A DNA stretch of 64,000 nucleotides from an uncultured Thermoplasmata archaeon. Lineage in GTDB: Archaea; Thermoplasmatota; Thermoplasmata; RBG-16-68-12. This document shows positions 32,258 to 42,500 of this stretch, piece after piece. How positions within the stretch are numbered: position 1 is the stretch's first letter; each line of letters starts with the position of its first letter. The notes under the pieces were generated by a model, which saw nothing but the letters and a program-made list of their open reading frames with translations, made no database searches and was not told where the DNA came from. The DNA is taken from contig CAVYJM010000011.1 in NCBI GenBank assembly GCA_963768855.1, positions 288,001 to 352,000 on the forward strand. Direction: 5' to 3'. Both the position numbers and the translations under genes were made by a program.

Positions 32258-32366
32258 GTCTTCTACCCCGTAGGTCGCACCTTATCATCCAGTCGTATTT
32301 ATGCTTTCCTTACGGCGCGAGCGCGTTTCCTCGGAGAGAATCGAGCCGCGTCGGGGCGCCGCTCCT

Positions 32367-32918
32367 TCAGGCGCCGCGGAGATGGAGTCCCGCGGACTCG
32401 AGGATGTCCTCGTGCGAGCGCGCGATGTCCGCCCTCGGAGTGGCCGCGAGGTCGACGAACCGCAGCTCCGTCCATGCCGCGGCCTTCGGGGGCGCCCCGC
32501 CGGGCCAGTCGCCCCGGAAGAGGAACTCGAGGTCCCAATGCCGGACGACATCCGGGAAGCGCCGGGGCGTGTAGACCTCGGAGACGACTTTCGGTTCCGA
32601 GAACGAGAGGTCCGACCGCTCGAGCTGCTCCTCCGCGATGCGTCGCGCCGCGGCCTCGGGGGACTCGTTCAGGATCAGGTGGGACGAGGGAAGCATCCAG
32701 CCCTTGCTGTGCACCGCCGTCCGGGAGGCGTCGAGGGCGCCGATGTGGTCCCAGGGCGCCGCGGGGTTCAGGCGCCCCATCAGCACGCGGTCGGCATGTC
32801 CCGCTTCGTGGAGGATCAAGAACGCGGACAGGCATAGCCCGCCTTCGGGCACCTCCGGCATCCCGAACGGCACATCCCCGAGCTTGTTGAACCGGCAAAA
32901 GCGGCGGTCTGTTGTCAT
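32367..32918 (-). CDS. NUDIX-fold hydrolase (degenerate Nudix box)
   Basis: GWMLPSSHLILNESPEAAARRIAEEQL resembles a Nudix box; HWDLEFLF; start MTTDRRF. Confidence 0.7.
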   Translation of the reverse strand: MTTDRRFCRFNKLGDVPFGMPEVPEGGLCLSAFLILHEAGHADRVLMGRLNPAAPWDHIGALDASRTAVHSKGWMLPSSHLILNESPEAAARRIAEEQLERSDLSFSEPKVVSEVYTPRRFPDVVRHWDLEFLFRGDWPGGAPPKAAAWTELRFVDLAATPRADIARSHEDILESAGLHLRGA

Positions 32919-33041
32919 GCGTCGAACCGTCTCCCCCACACCCGTCCGGCTTATGAACCCGATGCCTGCAGTCGGTGCCCACCGCGAGACGCTTCGGCGG
33001 CTCCCGTCCGCGATAAGTACAACTCGTACATCGGTTTGAAG

Positions 33042-33055
33042 TATATCGCGATATA
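33042..33055. promoter_or_regulatory. perfect 14-bp palindrome, likely PadR operator
   Basis: TATATCGCGATATA, 10 nt upstream of the PadR ATG. Confidence 0.65.
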
Positions 33056-33065
33056 ACGTCATCAT

Positions 33066-33566
33066 ATGCAGTCCGGTCCTCTCGTTCGGCCCACGCTCCC
33101 ATTCCTGGCCAAGGGCGGCTTCCGCATCCTTCTCCTGAGGACCCTCGAGGAGAAGCCGATGTACGGGTACGAGGTCATGAAGGAGCTGGAGAACCGCTTC
33201 CAGGGGTTCTACCGTCCAAGCGCCGGTGCGGTCTATCCGGCCCTTCGTTCCCTCCAGCGAGAGGGTCTGGTCGCGGTGAGCGGGTCGGAGCGGCGCAAGA
33301 CATACCGCGTCACGGCGAAGGGAAAAGCCTCCATTCGAAGCCACCGGGCGGAGATGGAGACGCACTTCCGGTCCCTCCAGGCAGCGGTCGGTCCGGAGCG
33401 CGCGGCCCTCCTGCGAGAGCTCCGCGACACGGGGAAGCTCCTCGCCATGAACCTCCGCTCCTTGACGCCGCGGCAGGCCGTCGAACTGCGTTCCGCCGTC
33501 GCGGAGATGCGCAAGCGAATCGCGACGATCCTGGGAGAATCAAAAGGGGAGGATTTCCATGAGTGA
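33066..33566 (+). CDS. PadR family transcriptional regulator
   Basis: ILLLRTLEEKPMYGYEVMKEL...PSAGAVYPALRSLQREGLV...RKTYRVTAKG. Confidence 0.93.
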   Translation: MQSGPLVRPTLPFLAKGGFRILLLRTLEEKPMYGYEVMKELENRFQGFYRPSAGAVYPALRSLQREGLVAVSGSERRKTYRVTAKGKASIRSHRAEMETHFRSLQAAVGPERAALLRELRDTGKLLAMNLRSLTPRQAVELRSAVAEMRKRIATILGESKGEDFHE

Positions 33567-34587
33567 GAGTATCATCCAGGTGTCGGGACTGACGAAGCGG
33601 TTCAACGGGTTCACGGCCGTTGACCACGTGGACTTCGATGTGAAGAAGGGAGAAATCTTCGGCTTCCTCGGTCCGAACGGTGCGGGGAAGTCGACGACGA
33701 TCCGGATGCTGTGCACCCTGAGTCGCCCGACGGAGGGTTCGGCGACCGTGGCGGGGTTCGATGTCGTCAAGGACGACAGCAAGGTCCGTCAACACATCGG
33801 CCTGGTCTCCGAGAAACTGATCATGTACAACGACCTGACCGCTCGGGAGAACCTCTTCCTGTTCGGGCAGCTCTATGACATCCCGAGGGAAACGCTCGAC
33901 CGGCGAGTCGAGAAGCTCCTCACGTTCGTCCGCATGGAGAAGTGGGCCGACGCCCGAATCGGAACCTTCTCCACGGGGATGAAGCAGCGGATCAACGTCA
34001 TCCGCGCGTTGGTGAACCAGCCCGAGATCCTTTTCCTCGATGAGCCCACCCTGGGACTCGACCCGCAGTCGACCGCGGAGATCCGCGAGCTCGTGCGACG
34101 GATCAACCTCGAACAGGGGACGACGATCATCCTGACGACCCACATGATGGTCGAGGCGGACCTCCTCTGCGACCGGATCGGGATCATCGACCATGGGAAG
34201 ATCGTCGCGCTCGACACCCCGACGAACCTCAAGGGGAAGGTCTCCGGCACGGATGCGAACACCCTCGAGTTCGAGGTACCCAACCTGACCCCGGCGATCC
34301 TGGCGTCCCTCCAGTCCCTGGAATGCGTCGACTCGATCATCCAGGAGGACGACACGCACATCAAGATCCGCGCGCACGGCGACGGGAGCTTCGACGCGAT
34401 CATCGACGGCCTCCGGCAGACCGGGGCGCGGGTGAAGGGAGTGAAGAACCTCGAACCCTCCCTCGAGGACGTGTTCCTCCGGATCACCGGGCGGGAAGTC
34501 CGGGAGCAGGTGGCGGACCGCGTGCCCATGGCGGCGCGCGGCGGACCCCGGCACGGGATGCGCAATACGAACCGGCGGGCGAGGTGA
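33559..34587 (+). CDS. ABC exporter ATP-binding subunit (DrrA-like)
   Basis: GPNGAGKST, FSTGMKQR, FLDEPTLGLD, TTHMM, C-terminal PSLEDVFL. Confidence 0.95.
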   Translation: MSESIIQVSGLTKRFNGFTAVDHVDFDVKKGEIFGFLGPNGAGKSTTIRMLCTLSRPTEGSATVAGFDVVKDDSKVRQHIGLVSEKLIMYNDLTARENLFLFGQLYDIPRETLDRRVEKLLTFVRMEKWADARIGTFSTGMKQRINVIRALVNQPEILFLDEPTLGLDPQSTAEIRELVRRINLEQGTTIILTTHMMVEADLLCDRIGIIDHGKIVALDTPTNLKGKVSGTDANTLEFEVPNLTPAILASLQSLECVDSIIQEDDTHIKIRAHGDGSFDAIIDGLRQTGARVKGVKNLEPSLEDVFLRITGREVREQVADRVPMAARGGPRHGMRNTNRRAR

Positions 34588-34591
34588 GACG

Positions 34592-35812
34592 ATGACCGTC
34601 AAGCAGGTGTTGCGGCACAGCTCGTGGATCTGTTGGAAGGACCTCCTCGAATTCGGGCGCAGCAAGCTGCGGCTTGTGATGCTCGTCGTCATGCCCCTCT
34701 TCATGATGGTCATGGTGGGATTCATCTTCCCCTCGGGGGGTACGATCAGCAACCAGCCGGTCGCCCTCTCGAACCTGGATGCGGGCATGACCGTGCAGGT
34801 TCCACCCGCCAATACGACGACCCAGATGAACCTCGGGACGCAGTTCGTCGGTCAACTGGAGGTCATCAACAACAAGACCGGGATGATGGACCTGAAGAAC
34901 TCGAGCGGGTTCGCCGACATCAAGGACCGCATCCAGAGCGGCGAGATCAGCGGCGGCATCCTGATCCCCGCCGACTTCACGCAGCGCCTGATGACGGCCG
35001 AGCAGGGGAATATCACGATCGTGACGGACCAGTCCAATCCTCAGATGTCCGCCATGATGCAGACCGTGCTGTCCCAGACCATTGGCGCGATGGGGACGCA
35101 ATGGGCGTCGTACAACCTGAACCAGACCTGGCACGTGCCGATCAACCTGACCTTCGCAGCGGTCGTGCCATTCAACGTGCAGTTCACGGGGATCGTCCCC
35201 GGGAATCCGAACTACTTCGAGTTCATCGCGCCCGGGATCATGTCCATGACGGTGATGATGTCCCTCATGACCGGGCTGCCCCATGCCATTTCCTACGAGA
35301 AGGATATGGGCACCCTGGATGGGATGCTCGTCGCTCCGACATCCCGGCTCTCGATCATCCTCGGGAAGGTGATGGCCCAGACCGTCCGAGGACTCGTCCA
35401 AGCCGCGATCATCTTCGTCCTCGCCGTCGCCCTGTTCGGCGTGGTGATCTACGGGAGCGTGTTCCTCCTGGTGGGACTCGTGTTCCTGACGGTCTTCAGC
35501 TTCGTCGGCCTCGGCATCCTGATCACGTCCTTCACGGACCGGGAGGAGACTGCGACGATGGTGATGATGACCCTCATGTTTCCCATGATGTTCCTGAGCG
35601 GGGTCTTCTTCCCGATCCAGCAGATGCCCTGGTTCATGCAGGACATCGCCCAGATCCTGCCGCTGACGTACGCGACGACGGCCATGAGGAAGGTCATGCT
35701 CCTTGGCGCGCCGATGTCGGCGGTCTTCTCCGAGATCGTAATCCTGCTGGGCTTCGGAGTCATCATGCTCGCGATCGCGGTCCCGACGTTCAAGCGCGCG
35801 ATGACGCGGTAG
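34592..35812 (+). CDS. ABC-2 exporter permease (DrrB-like)
   Basis: EKDMGTLDGMLVAP, FLSGVFFPIQQMPW, PLTYA; six TMs with a large extracellular loop. Confidence 0.92.
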   Translation: MTVKQVLRHSSWICWKDLLEFGRSKLRLVMLVVMPLFMMVMVGFIFPSGGTISNQPVALSNLDAGMTVQVPPANTTTQMNLGTQFVGQLEVINNKTGMMDLKNSSGFADIKDRIQSGEISGGILIPADFTQRLMTAEQGNITIVTDQSNPQMSAMMQTVLSQTIGAMGTQWASYNLNQTWHVPINLTFAAVVPFNVQFTGIVPGNPNYFEFIAPGIMSMTVMMSLMTGLPHAISYEKDMGTLDGMLVAPTSRLSIILGKVMAQTVRGLVQAAIIFVLAVALFGVVIYGSVFLLVGLVFLTVFSFVGLGILITSFTDREETATMVMMTLMFPMMFLSGVFFPIQQMPWFMQDIAQILPLTYATTAMRKVMLLGAPMSAVFSEIVILLGFGVIMLAIAVPTFKRAMTR

Positions 35813-35869
35813 AGCGGTTCGCTCGCGGAGGCTCGAGGGTCGCGAGGACCACGGGGTCTTCCCCCTCGC

Positions 35870-38068
35870 TCACGCGGAGTAGTAGGCTTCGTCGTAGGGC
35901 TCCGGCGGGAGTCCCTTCCGTGTGCGGATCGAGCGCACGACCTCGCCGAGGAGGTCCTTCGGCACGGGTTCGAAGCCGGCGTTCTCGGTCGACCAGAGGG
36001 CGCGTCCCTGGGTCGCGCTCCGGATCGCGGATGCGAACCCGAACATCTCCGCCACGGGTGCTTTCGACTGGATGACCGTGACCTCGCCCTCCTGGTTGAT
36101 ATCCTCGATCACGCCCCGGCGGCTTTGGACCTCGCCGAGCGCCGCCCCCATGTAGTCCTGCGGGACGTTGATGAAGACTTTCGTGATCGGCTCCAGGAGG
36201 GTGCGCCCTCCCTGGACCATGGAGCCGTAGATTGCGTTGCGGGCCGCAGGGATGACCTGAGCGGGGCCGCGGTGCACGGAATCCTCGTGGAGCTTCGCGT
36301 CGACGAGGCTGATCTTGAGGCCCATGCCCTTCTCCTGGGCGAGGGGTCCGCGGTTCATGACCTCGATGAACCCCTCCTTGATCAGTTCCATCGTCTCGTT
36401 CAGATACTGGATCCCCTTCGTCGAGTCGATGAGCATGTTCTGGTCCTGGATCCAGACCACGTTCTTCGCGTCGTCGCGGTCCATCCCGAGCTCCTCGAGC
36501 TTCTTTGCGAGGACCTTGGAGTCTTTGATCCGCTGGCCCGAGGCGATCTCGCCCGCGCGAATCGCGGCGACGACCTTGGGCTCGAGAGGCTCCGCCTCCA
36601 TGTAGAATCGGTTGTGCTTGTTCGGGGACTTGCCCTCGAAGGGGCCGCCGTGGCCCGTGACGCACTCCCGGTACACGACGATCGGAGGGCTGGTCGTCAC
36701 AGGGATTTTGTAATCGTTCTGGACGCGGTAGATCGTGATTTCCAGGTGGAGTTCGCCCATGCCGCTGATTAGGTGCTCCCCCGTCTCCTGGTTGATTTCG
36801 ACCTGAATGCTCGGGTCCGCCTTCGCGAGGAGGCGCAAGGCTTCGACGAGCTTCGGCAAATCCGACGTGGACTTCGCCTCGACAGCTATCGTGACAACCG
36901 GCTCGGAGTAATGGACGATTTTCTCGAACGGCTGCATCTCCTTGTCGTCGCTGACCGTGGAGCCCGCGACGGCATCCCGCAGCCCGACGACGGCGACCAC
37001 GTTGCCCGCGTCGATCTCCTCGACGGGGATGCGGTCCGGCCCGACGATCATCGCGACGGTCTGCGCGCGCTGGGGCTTCGGCATCCCGATGACCCAGAGC
37101 TCCTGGCCCCGGACGATCTTCCCGGAGTACAGGCGGCCCGCGGCGACCTCACCCGCCTGCGGGTCGACGATGATCTTCGTGACCATGAACGCGACGGGCC
37201 CGCTCTCCCCGACGTTCATCATGGACTTGCCGACCGGGGATTCCAGGTCGCCCTTCCAGATGACGGGGATGCGCACCTTCTGGGCCTCGAGCGGGTTCGG
37301 GAGGTGCTTGATGACCATCTCGAGGACGACGTGGTGGAGGGACGCTTTCTTCGCGAGCTCCTTCATCGTGCCCTCCTGGCAGTGCTTGTAGACGTCCTTG
37401 AATCCGACTCCGGTCTTCTTCGTGAACGGGACCGAGACGGCCCACTTGTGGAAGGCGGAGCCGAAGGCCACGTTGCCCGCCTCGACGTTCAGAAGCCACT
37501 TCTCCTTCAGGTCGTCGGGCAGCTGCTTCCGGATGCGCTGGTTGACCTCCGTGATGATCTTCACGAAGCGCTGTTGCATCTGCTCTTGGCCGATCTTGAG
37601 CTCGTTCACGAGACGGTCGACCTTGTTGATGAACAGGACGGGCCGCACGCGCTCCTTGAGCGCCTGGCGGATGACCGTCTCCGTCTGGGGCATGATGCCC
37701 TCGACCGCGTCGACCAGGATGATGACGCCGTCGATCGCGCGCATGGCGCGGGTGACGTCGCCGCCGAAGTCCACGTGGCCCGGCGTGTCGATCAGGTTGA
37801 TCAGGTACTGCTGGCCATCCTGCTCGTGGACCATGGAGGCGATGGCCGCGTTGATCGTGATGCCTCGCGCCTGCTCCTGCTCGTCGTAGTCCATGAAGAG
37901 CTGGGAGCCCGCGAGCTCCTCGGAGATCATCCCGGCGCCCGCGATGAGGCTGTCCGAAAGGGTGGTCTTGCCGTGATCGATGTGGGCCGCGGTCCCGATG
38001 TTGCGGATCTGCTCCTTCTTGTGGAGGAGGGCCGAGGCCTTCTTGATGTTGTCTTCCTTGCGTCCCAT
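35870..38068 (-). CDS. fusA: translation elongation factor EF-2
   Basis: [26 protein letters not shown]; diphthamide loop LHEDSVHRG; 732 aa. Confidence 0.98.
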   Translation of the reverse strand: MGRKEDNIKKASALLHKKEQIRNIGTAAHIDHGKTTLSDSLIAGAGMISEELAGSQLFMDYDEQEQARGITINAAIASMVHEQDGQQYLINLIDTPGHVDFGGDVTRAMRAIDGVIILVDAVEGIMPQTETVIRQALKERVRPVLFINKVDRLVNELKIGQEQMQQRFVKIITEVNQRIRKQLPDDLKEKWLLNVEAGNVAFGSAFHKWAVSVPFTKKTGVGFKDVYKHCQEGTMKELAKKASLHHVVLEMVIKHLPNPLEAQKVRIPVIWKGDLESPVGKSMMNVGESGPVAFMVTKIIVDPQAGEVAAGRLYSGKIVRGQELWVIGMPKPQRAQTVAMIVGPDRIPVEEIDAGNVVAVVGLRDAVAGSTVSDDKEMQPFEKIVHYSEPVVTIAVEAKSTSDLPKLVEALRLLAKADPSIQVEINQETGEHLISGMGELHLEITIYRVQNDYKIPVTTSPPIVVYRECVTGHGGPFEGKSPNKHNRFYMEAEPLEPKVVAAIRAGEIASGQRIKDSKVLAKKLEELGMDRDDAKNVVWIQDQNMLIDSTKGIQYLNETMELIKEGFIEVMNRGPLAQEKGMGLKISLVDAKLHEDSVHRGPAQVIPAARNAIYGSMVQGGRTLLEPITKVFINVPQDYMGAALGEVQSRRGVIEDINQEGEVTVIQSKAPVAEMFGFASAIRSATQGRALWSTENAGFEPVPKDLLGEVVRSIRTRKGLPPEPYDEAYYSA

Positions 38069-38158
38069 GCGCGTGTCACCTGACGGGGAGCGTCAACGAG
38101 ATGCCATCGCAGATGGCGGCCCCTAATTAAACCTTCGGTCAAGCCATGGGAGGACGGC

Positions 38159-38938
38159 TCAACGCGCCGATCCCGCGATCCGCTCGAGCTCTTCCTTCTT
38201 CGCGATCGCGGAGCTCTGCATGTCGCCTTTCGAGGCCAGGAAGATCTCGTCCGCGAGGCACTCCTCGACGGGCTTCTTGTTCTTGAACGTCGCCTGGACC
38301 GCGCCGGTCGTGATGTTCCGAAGGGCCATGTCGAGCCGCCGCATCGGCGAGATGTCGACCGCGCGCGGTACGGAGATGCCGCCGAACCGGAGACGGGTAA
38401 TCTCCTCGCGCGGGGCGGCGTGTTCGAGCGCCTCGACGAGGACCTGCACGGGGTTCTTGTTCGACTTCTTCGCGATGATCTCGAACGACGTGCGCACGAC
38501 GCGGTAGGCCTTGGACTTCTTGCCCGTGTAGACCTCCGTCCGCATCATGCCGTTGATCAGGCGCTCGACGATGTTCGCCTTCTGCTTCCCGAAGGGCTTG
38601 TTCGCCCAGCGCGCGCCCGTGTGAGGGATGACGATCGGGTTGAGGTTGATGTACTTCGCGAGGCCGAGGTCGTGGACCGTGATGTCCGCGAGGTCGTACT
38701 TCTCGAAGAGCTTCATCTCGTAGGGAGGCCGCTTCTTCGGCTTCTTGGCCTCCTTCTTGGGCTTCTCTTCGATGGGGGCCTCGCCCTCCGCGGGGACGGG
38801 TTCCGCCGGCACGGGTTCCGCGGGCGCCGGGAGCTCCGCAGGAGGCTCCGCAGGCGGGGCCGGCAGCGCGGGCTCCGGGGGCGGCGGGGCCGGACTCTCG
38901 GGCGCGGGCGGCTCCGGGTTTTTCTCGGGGTCCTCCAC
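38159..38938 (-). CDS. rpsG: 30S ribosomal protein uS7 with a 74-aa Pro/Glu/Ala-rich N-terminal extension
   Basis: IVERLINGMM, NPVQVLV...APREE, AVDISPMRRLDMALR, KKEELERIAGSAR; GTG start behind a GAGGTGA SD. Confidence 0.95.
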   Translation of the reverse strand: MEDPEKNPEPPAPESPAPPPPEPALPAPPAEPPAELPAPAEPVPAEPVPAEGEAPIEEKPKKEAKKPKKRPPYEMKLFEKYDLADITVHDLGLAKYINLNPIVIPHTGARWANKPFGKQKANIVERLINGMMRTEVYTGKKSKAYRVVRTSFEIIAKKSNKNPVQVLVEALEHAAPREEITRLRFGGISVPRAVDISPMRRLDMALRNITTGAVQATFKNKKPVEECLADEIFLASKGDMQSSAIAKKEELERIAGSAR

Positions 38939-38942
38939 CGAC

Positions 38943-39371
38943 TCACCTCACCGGCTTCTCTTTGCGGCCCCGGACGAGCTCGTCGAGGGAGACGCCGTTG
39001 ACCTGGATGACCTTGTAGCGCACGCCCGGGATGTCGCCGTAGGAACGGCCCATGCGGCCGCCGATCCCCTCGACGAGGACCTCGTCGTGCTCATCGATGA
39101 AGTTGATCGCGCCGTCCCCGACGGCGAACGCGGTGATCTGCCGCCCGTTCTTCACGAGCTGCACCTTCACGCACTTGCGCAACGCGGAGTTCGGCTGCTT
39201 CGCCTCGATTGCGACCTTCTCGAGGACGATGCCCTTGCCCTGGGGCGAACCCTCGAGCGGGTCCGACTTCTCCTTCAGGTGCTGCACGCGGCGCTTGTAG
39301 TACCGGTCGGACCAGCGGCGGGTCTGCCGCTCGTCCTTGAGCTTCCGTGCCGCGAACAGTCCCCGTGCCAA
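38943..39371 (-). CDS. rpsL: 30S ribosomal protein uS12
   Basis: [22 protein letters not shown]; TTG start. Confidence 0.97.
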   Translation of the reverse strand: MARGLFAARKLKDERQTRRWSDRYYKRRVQHLKEKSDPLEGSPQGKGIVLEKVAIEAKQPNSALRKCVKVQLVKNGRQITAFAVGDGAINFIDEHDEVLVEGIGGRMGRSYGDIPGVRYKVIQVNGVSLDELVRGRKEKPVR

Positions 39372-39440
39372 GCTGGTTCCTCGTAGGGCGGAGTGCGTCC
39401 TAATTTGCAGGAGCTATATAAGGATGGCGAGACGCAACGG

Positions 39441-39980
39441 TCAGCCCGTCCCGGACGCCGCGCTCGCGGGAGTCGGAGGCACTTCGACGGCGACATTGCA
39501 GTACGGGCAGAGGAACCGTTCCTCCGGGAACGCCCAGCGGTTCACGACGCCGCCGCAGTGCGGACAGCGCTCGACGAAGACCTGCGCCTTCTCGGTCCCC
39601 GCGAGGACGAACTCGTCTGTGGAGCGGTCGATGACGCCGGCCACGTAGCCGAGCTCGATCGCGCGGGAGAGGAGGCGCTCCGCCTCCATCGGGCTCTTGC
39701 CGACCTTGACCGCCAGCTCGTCGATGCGAATGCGGCGGTAGGTTTTCAGCAGCGTCGCGAACTCCTTGAGCTGCTTCTCGCGATGATACTCGAGAATGCC
39801 GAGGCCGAGGACGATCGCGGCGGGCGCGGCGCCCCCGGGGACGCAGATGTAGGCCAGGACCGGCGTGACGAACAGGGTGGCGCCGATGGCCACGAGGCTG
39901 AACACGAGGACGAAGCCGCCGATCGCGAGCATCGTCTCCGCGTCCATCCCGAGCGGGCCGCCACCCTGGGGGTCGGACAT
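39441..39980 (-). CDS. 2-TM protein with PCI-like winged helix and C-terminal Zn ribbon
   Basis: TM pair; YRRIRIDELAVKVGKSPMEAERLLSRAIELGYVAGVIDR; CPHC...CPYC. Confidence 0.75.
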   Translation of the reverse strand: MSDPQGGGPLGMDAETMLAIGGFVLVFSLVAIGATLFVTPVLAYICVPGGAAPAAIVLGLGILEYHREKQLKEFATLLKTYRRIRIDELAVKVGKSPMEAERLLSRAIELGYVAGVIDRSTDEFVLAGTEKAQVFVERCPHCGGVVNRWAFPEERFLCPYCNVAVEVPPTPASAASGTG

Positions 39981-40052
39981 CCGGAGATGGTGTCCGTGGA
40001 CGCCTACTTCAATCCCGCGCCGACGGAATCACGGCGGCGAACGCGGGGGGCA

Positions 40053-40805
40053 TCACGCGGACGGGGCGCCGGTCGAGGCGAGCCCCTTGAGGATCGCGTC
40101 TGCGCTCAGGAGCGCGGGCGAGATGATGTGGTCCGCCTTGACCTCCCGCATCTTCTCCAGGTTCTCCTGGGAGGACACGGTCGCGAAGACGGGGACGCGG
40201 CTGGCGATCTTCTTCGAGGTGAGGCAGATGAACGCGTTCTCCGAGTCGATCTCGGACGCGGCGATCACCGCGCGGCTCTCGGCGACGCCGGCCTTCCGCA
40301 GGACCTCCATGGTCTCGTAGTCCCCCTGGATCGCCGCCGCGCCGCGCTCCGTCAGCTCATCCACGGTCGCCTTGTCCTTGACGAGCACGAGGACCTGGTC
40401 CTTCGGGAGGTTGTTCAGGAGCACGCGCGCGGTGTCCGAATATCCGCAGAGCACGATGTGGTTCTTCATGCGACTCGCCTTCCGGACCCGGTGGCCCTCC
40501 CAGTATGCGGTCAGGGCGGCCGGGCCGAGGATCTGGGTCATGAACGAGAGGATGACGCCCACCGCAAGGAGGGCGACGACGATGCCGACGATCTCGCCGG
40601 CGAACGTGTTCGGGTTCGCGGCGCCGATGAGGGTCATCACCATGACGACGAAGTACAGGCTGTTCGCCAGGGACTGGTTGTCCACGAGGGCGAAGACGAT
40701 CGTCCCGACGACCACGATGGCCAGGATTGCGACCAGGTGGGAGAGCGTCTTCGAGCGGAGCTCGCTCGGGACGTAGGAGAGGGGGCTGAGCCGCCGCCGG
40801 TTCAT
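40053..40805 (-). CDS. MthK-like 2-TM channel protein with RCK/TrkA-N domain and non-canonical filter
   Basis: TM1, pore helix SLYFVVMVM, filter TLIGAAN, TM2, HIVLCGYS, IQGD, DSEN, ADHIISP. Confidence 0.85.
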   Translation of the reverse strand: MNRRRLSPLSYVPSELRSKTLSHLVAILAIVVVGTIVFALVDNQSLANSLYFVVMVMTLIGAANPNTFAGEIVGIVVALLAVGVILSFMTQILGPAALTAYWEGHRVRKASRMKNHIVLCGYSDTARVLLNNLPKDQVLVLVKDKATVDELTERGAAAIQGDYETMEVLRKAGVAESRAVIAASEIDSENAFICLTSKKIASRVPVFATVSSQENLEKMREVKADHIISPALLSADAILKGLASTGAPSA

Positions 40806-40860
40806 CGGCGCCCCCGAAGGGCCGGCGCGTACATAGCCTTGACCGGACCGGACGCCCGGT

Positions 40861-42174
40861 TCACTTGGGAGGGCCTGGGGGATCCGCGGCCGCCGTCGGC
40901 GCGGGAGCCGCCACCCCGTTCCGAGCGGGTTCTCGCAGGAACAGGACGGCGGTCGCGGAGATGGCGATGAGGCTCAGGGCGATGATTGCGAAGGCGATCG
41001 GACCGTAGGCCACCGTCAGCGCGCCGCCCATGATCGGGCCGACGATCAGCCCACTCCCGAAGATCAAGGAGTAGATGCCGAAGCTCGTGCCCGAGACGCT
41101 GCGGTTGATCACGTCTCCGAGGTATGCGAGGGCCGCCGGCGGGAACGTCCCTGCGCCGAACGACAGGACCGCAATCCCGGGCCAGACCCGGTACAGGTAG
41201 TTGGGATCCATCCCGCCGCCCGGCTCGGTCGCGAGGGAGAAGAGGATCGCGAGGCCGCCGAAGCAGCCGAGGCCGATGAGCATGAAGGGCCTCCGGAGGC
41301 GGGCGACGTCCGACCACCGACCGAAGGCCACGAGGGCGATCGCCAGGGGGATCCCAAAGGACAGGACGATGACCAGGATGGTCATCAGCGGGATCTTCCC
41401 TTGGCTCTGGCCCCCGAGGATCTGGTCCGTGAAGGTGAGGACGTACCCGTACAGCGCGACCACGGGGATGTAGACGGGCAGGAGCCGGATGATGTCCTTG
41501 TTCCGGAAGACTTCCTTGAGGAGCCCGATCGTCCCCAGCGGGGGCGCGGGGGTGAACTTGGCGTCCTGCACGAAGAACTGGACCAGGATGACGGAGAGGA
41601 CGACGCCCGCTCCGCCGACGAGGAGGATCGTTTCGGGGCTGAGGTGGAGCAGCGACAGCGCCAGGAACGCGGCGCCGAAGCCCCCGGCGAGCCCGCCGAA
41701 TGTGACGAGGTCGAACACGGCCATGAGTTGCGCGCGGTTCTTCAGCGAGCTGTGATCGTTGACCATGGCGAGGGTCGAGGCGACCTTGGCGCCCGCACCC
41801 AGGCCGAACATCGTGAAGAAGACCGCCGCGAGATACGGCTTGGCCGGGTCCGGGGCGTACGCGCCGATGGTCACGATGAACAGGAGGACCGCGGCCGCCG
41901 TGATCACGTGCGCGAAGATGAGGACGCCCTTCCGCCCGCGGGTGTCGCAGCGTGCGCCGAAGTATCCGACCGTCGCGATTTCCGCGACCGGATACACCGC
42001 GAACAGGAGGCCGTGCCAGAACGCGTTCGCCTGGCCGGGCAGGATGACCTGCTGCATGACCGCGACGCCCGCGAAGGCCGCGGCGCGCATGATGAACGTC
42101 GCGAAGTACAGGGCGGACAGGTTCCGGACATCGGAGCGGTCGAGCCCGAGGAACCGCTTCCAGAATCGGGTCAT
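40861..42174 (-). CDS. MFS transporter
   Basis: about 12 TMs; motif A variants GARCDTRGRK and GRWSDVARLRR. Confidence 0.9.
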   Translation of the reverse strand: MTRFWKRFLGLDRSDVRNLSALYFATFIMRAAAFAGVAVMQQVILPGQANAFWHGLLFAVYPVAEIATVGYFGARCDTRGRKGVLIFAHVITAAAVLLFIVTIGAYAPDPAKPYLAAVFFTMFGLGAGAKVASTLAMVNDHSSLKNRAQLMAVFDLVTFGGLAGGFGAAFLALSLLHLSPETILLVGGAGVVLSVILVQFFVQDAKFTPAPPLGTIGLLKEVFRNKDIIRLLPVYIPVVALYGYVLTFTDQILGGQSQGKIPLMTILVIVLSFGIPLAIALVAFGRWSDVARLRRPFMLIGLGCFGGLAILFSLATEPGGGMDPNYLYRVWPGIAVLSFGAGTFPPAALAYLGDVINRSVSGTSFGIYSLIFGSGLIVGPIMGGALTVAYGPIAFAIIALSLIAISATAVLFLREPARNGVAAPAPTAAADPPGPPK

Positions 42175-42500
42175 CCAGTCCGATACGCCGATGGAGTCAC
42201 CCTCGCGCGCGGCCGCTCAGGGTCGCTGAAGCGGCGCACTTCATCGGGGGGATATAGGCTTATCCGGCTGAAAATCGACGGAGCGTCCCGCGGCCGGCGC
42301 CGTGCGCGGACCGTCCCGCATCGAATGTGGGAGCCGCTGCGACAGGATCGCCAGGGGCGGCAAGCGCGGACCACGGCTCCCTGCCGAAGGCAAGTGCATG
42401 GCCGTGGGCATCCTCAACCCGATAGTCGCACCGCTGACTTTCACTTCGTTATCCTTAAGTATGGAGGGGATGAGTCAGACGCGGTTCAGGAGGTCTTCCC

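Noticed and set aside
35870-38068. Atypical EF-2 paralog
   Set aside because: Diphthamide-site HRG motif and GTPase motifs are canonical
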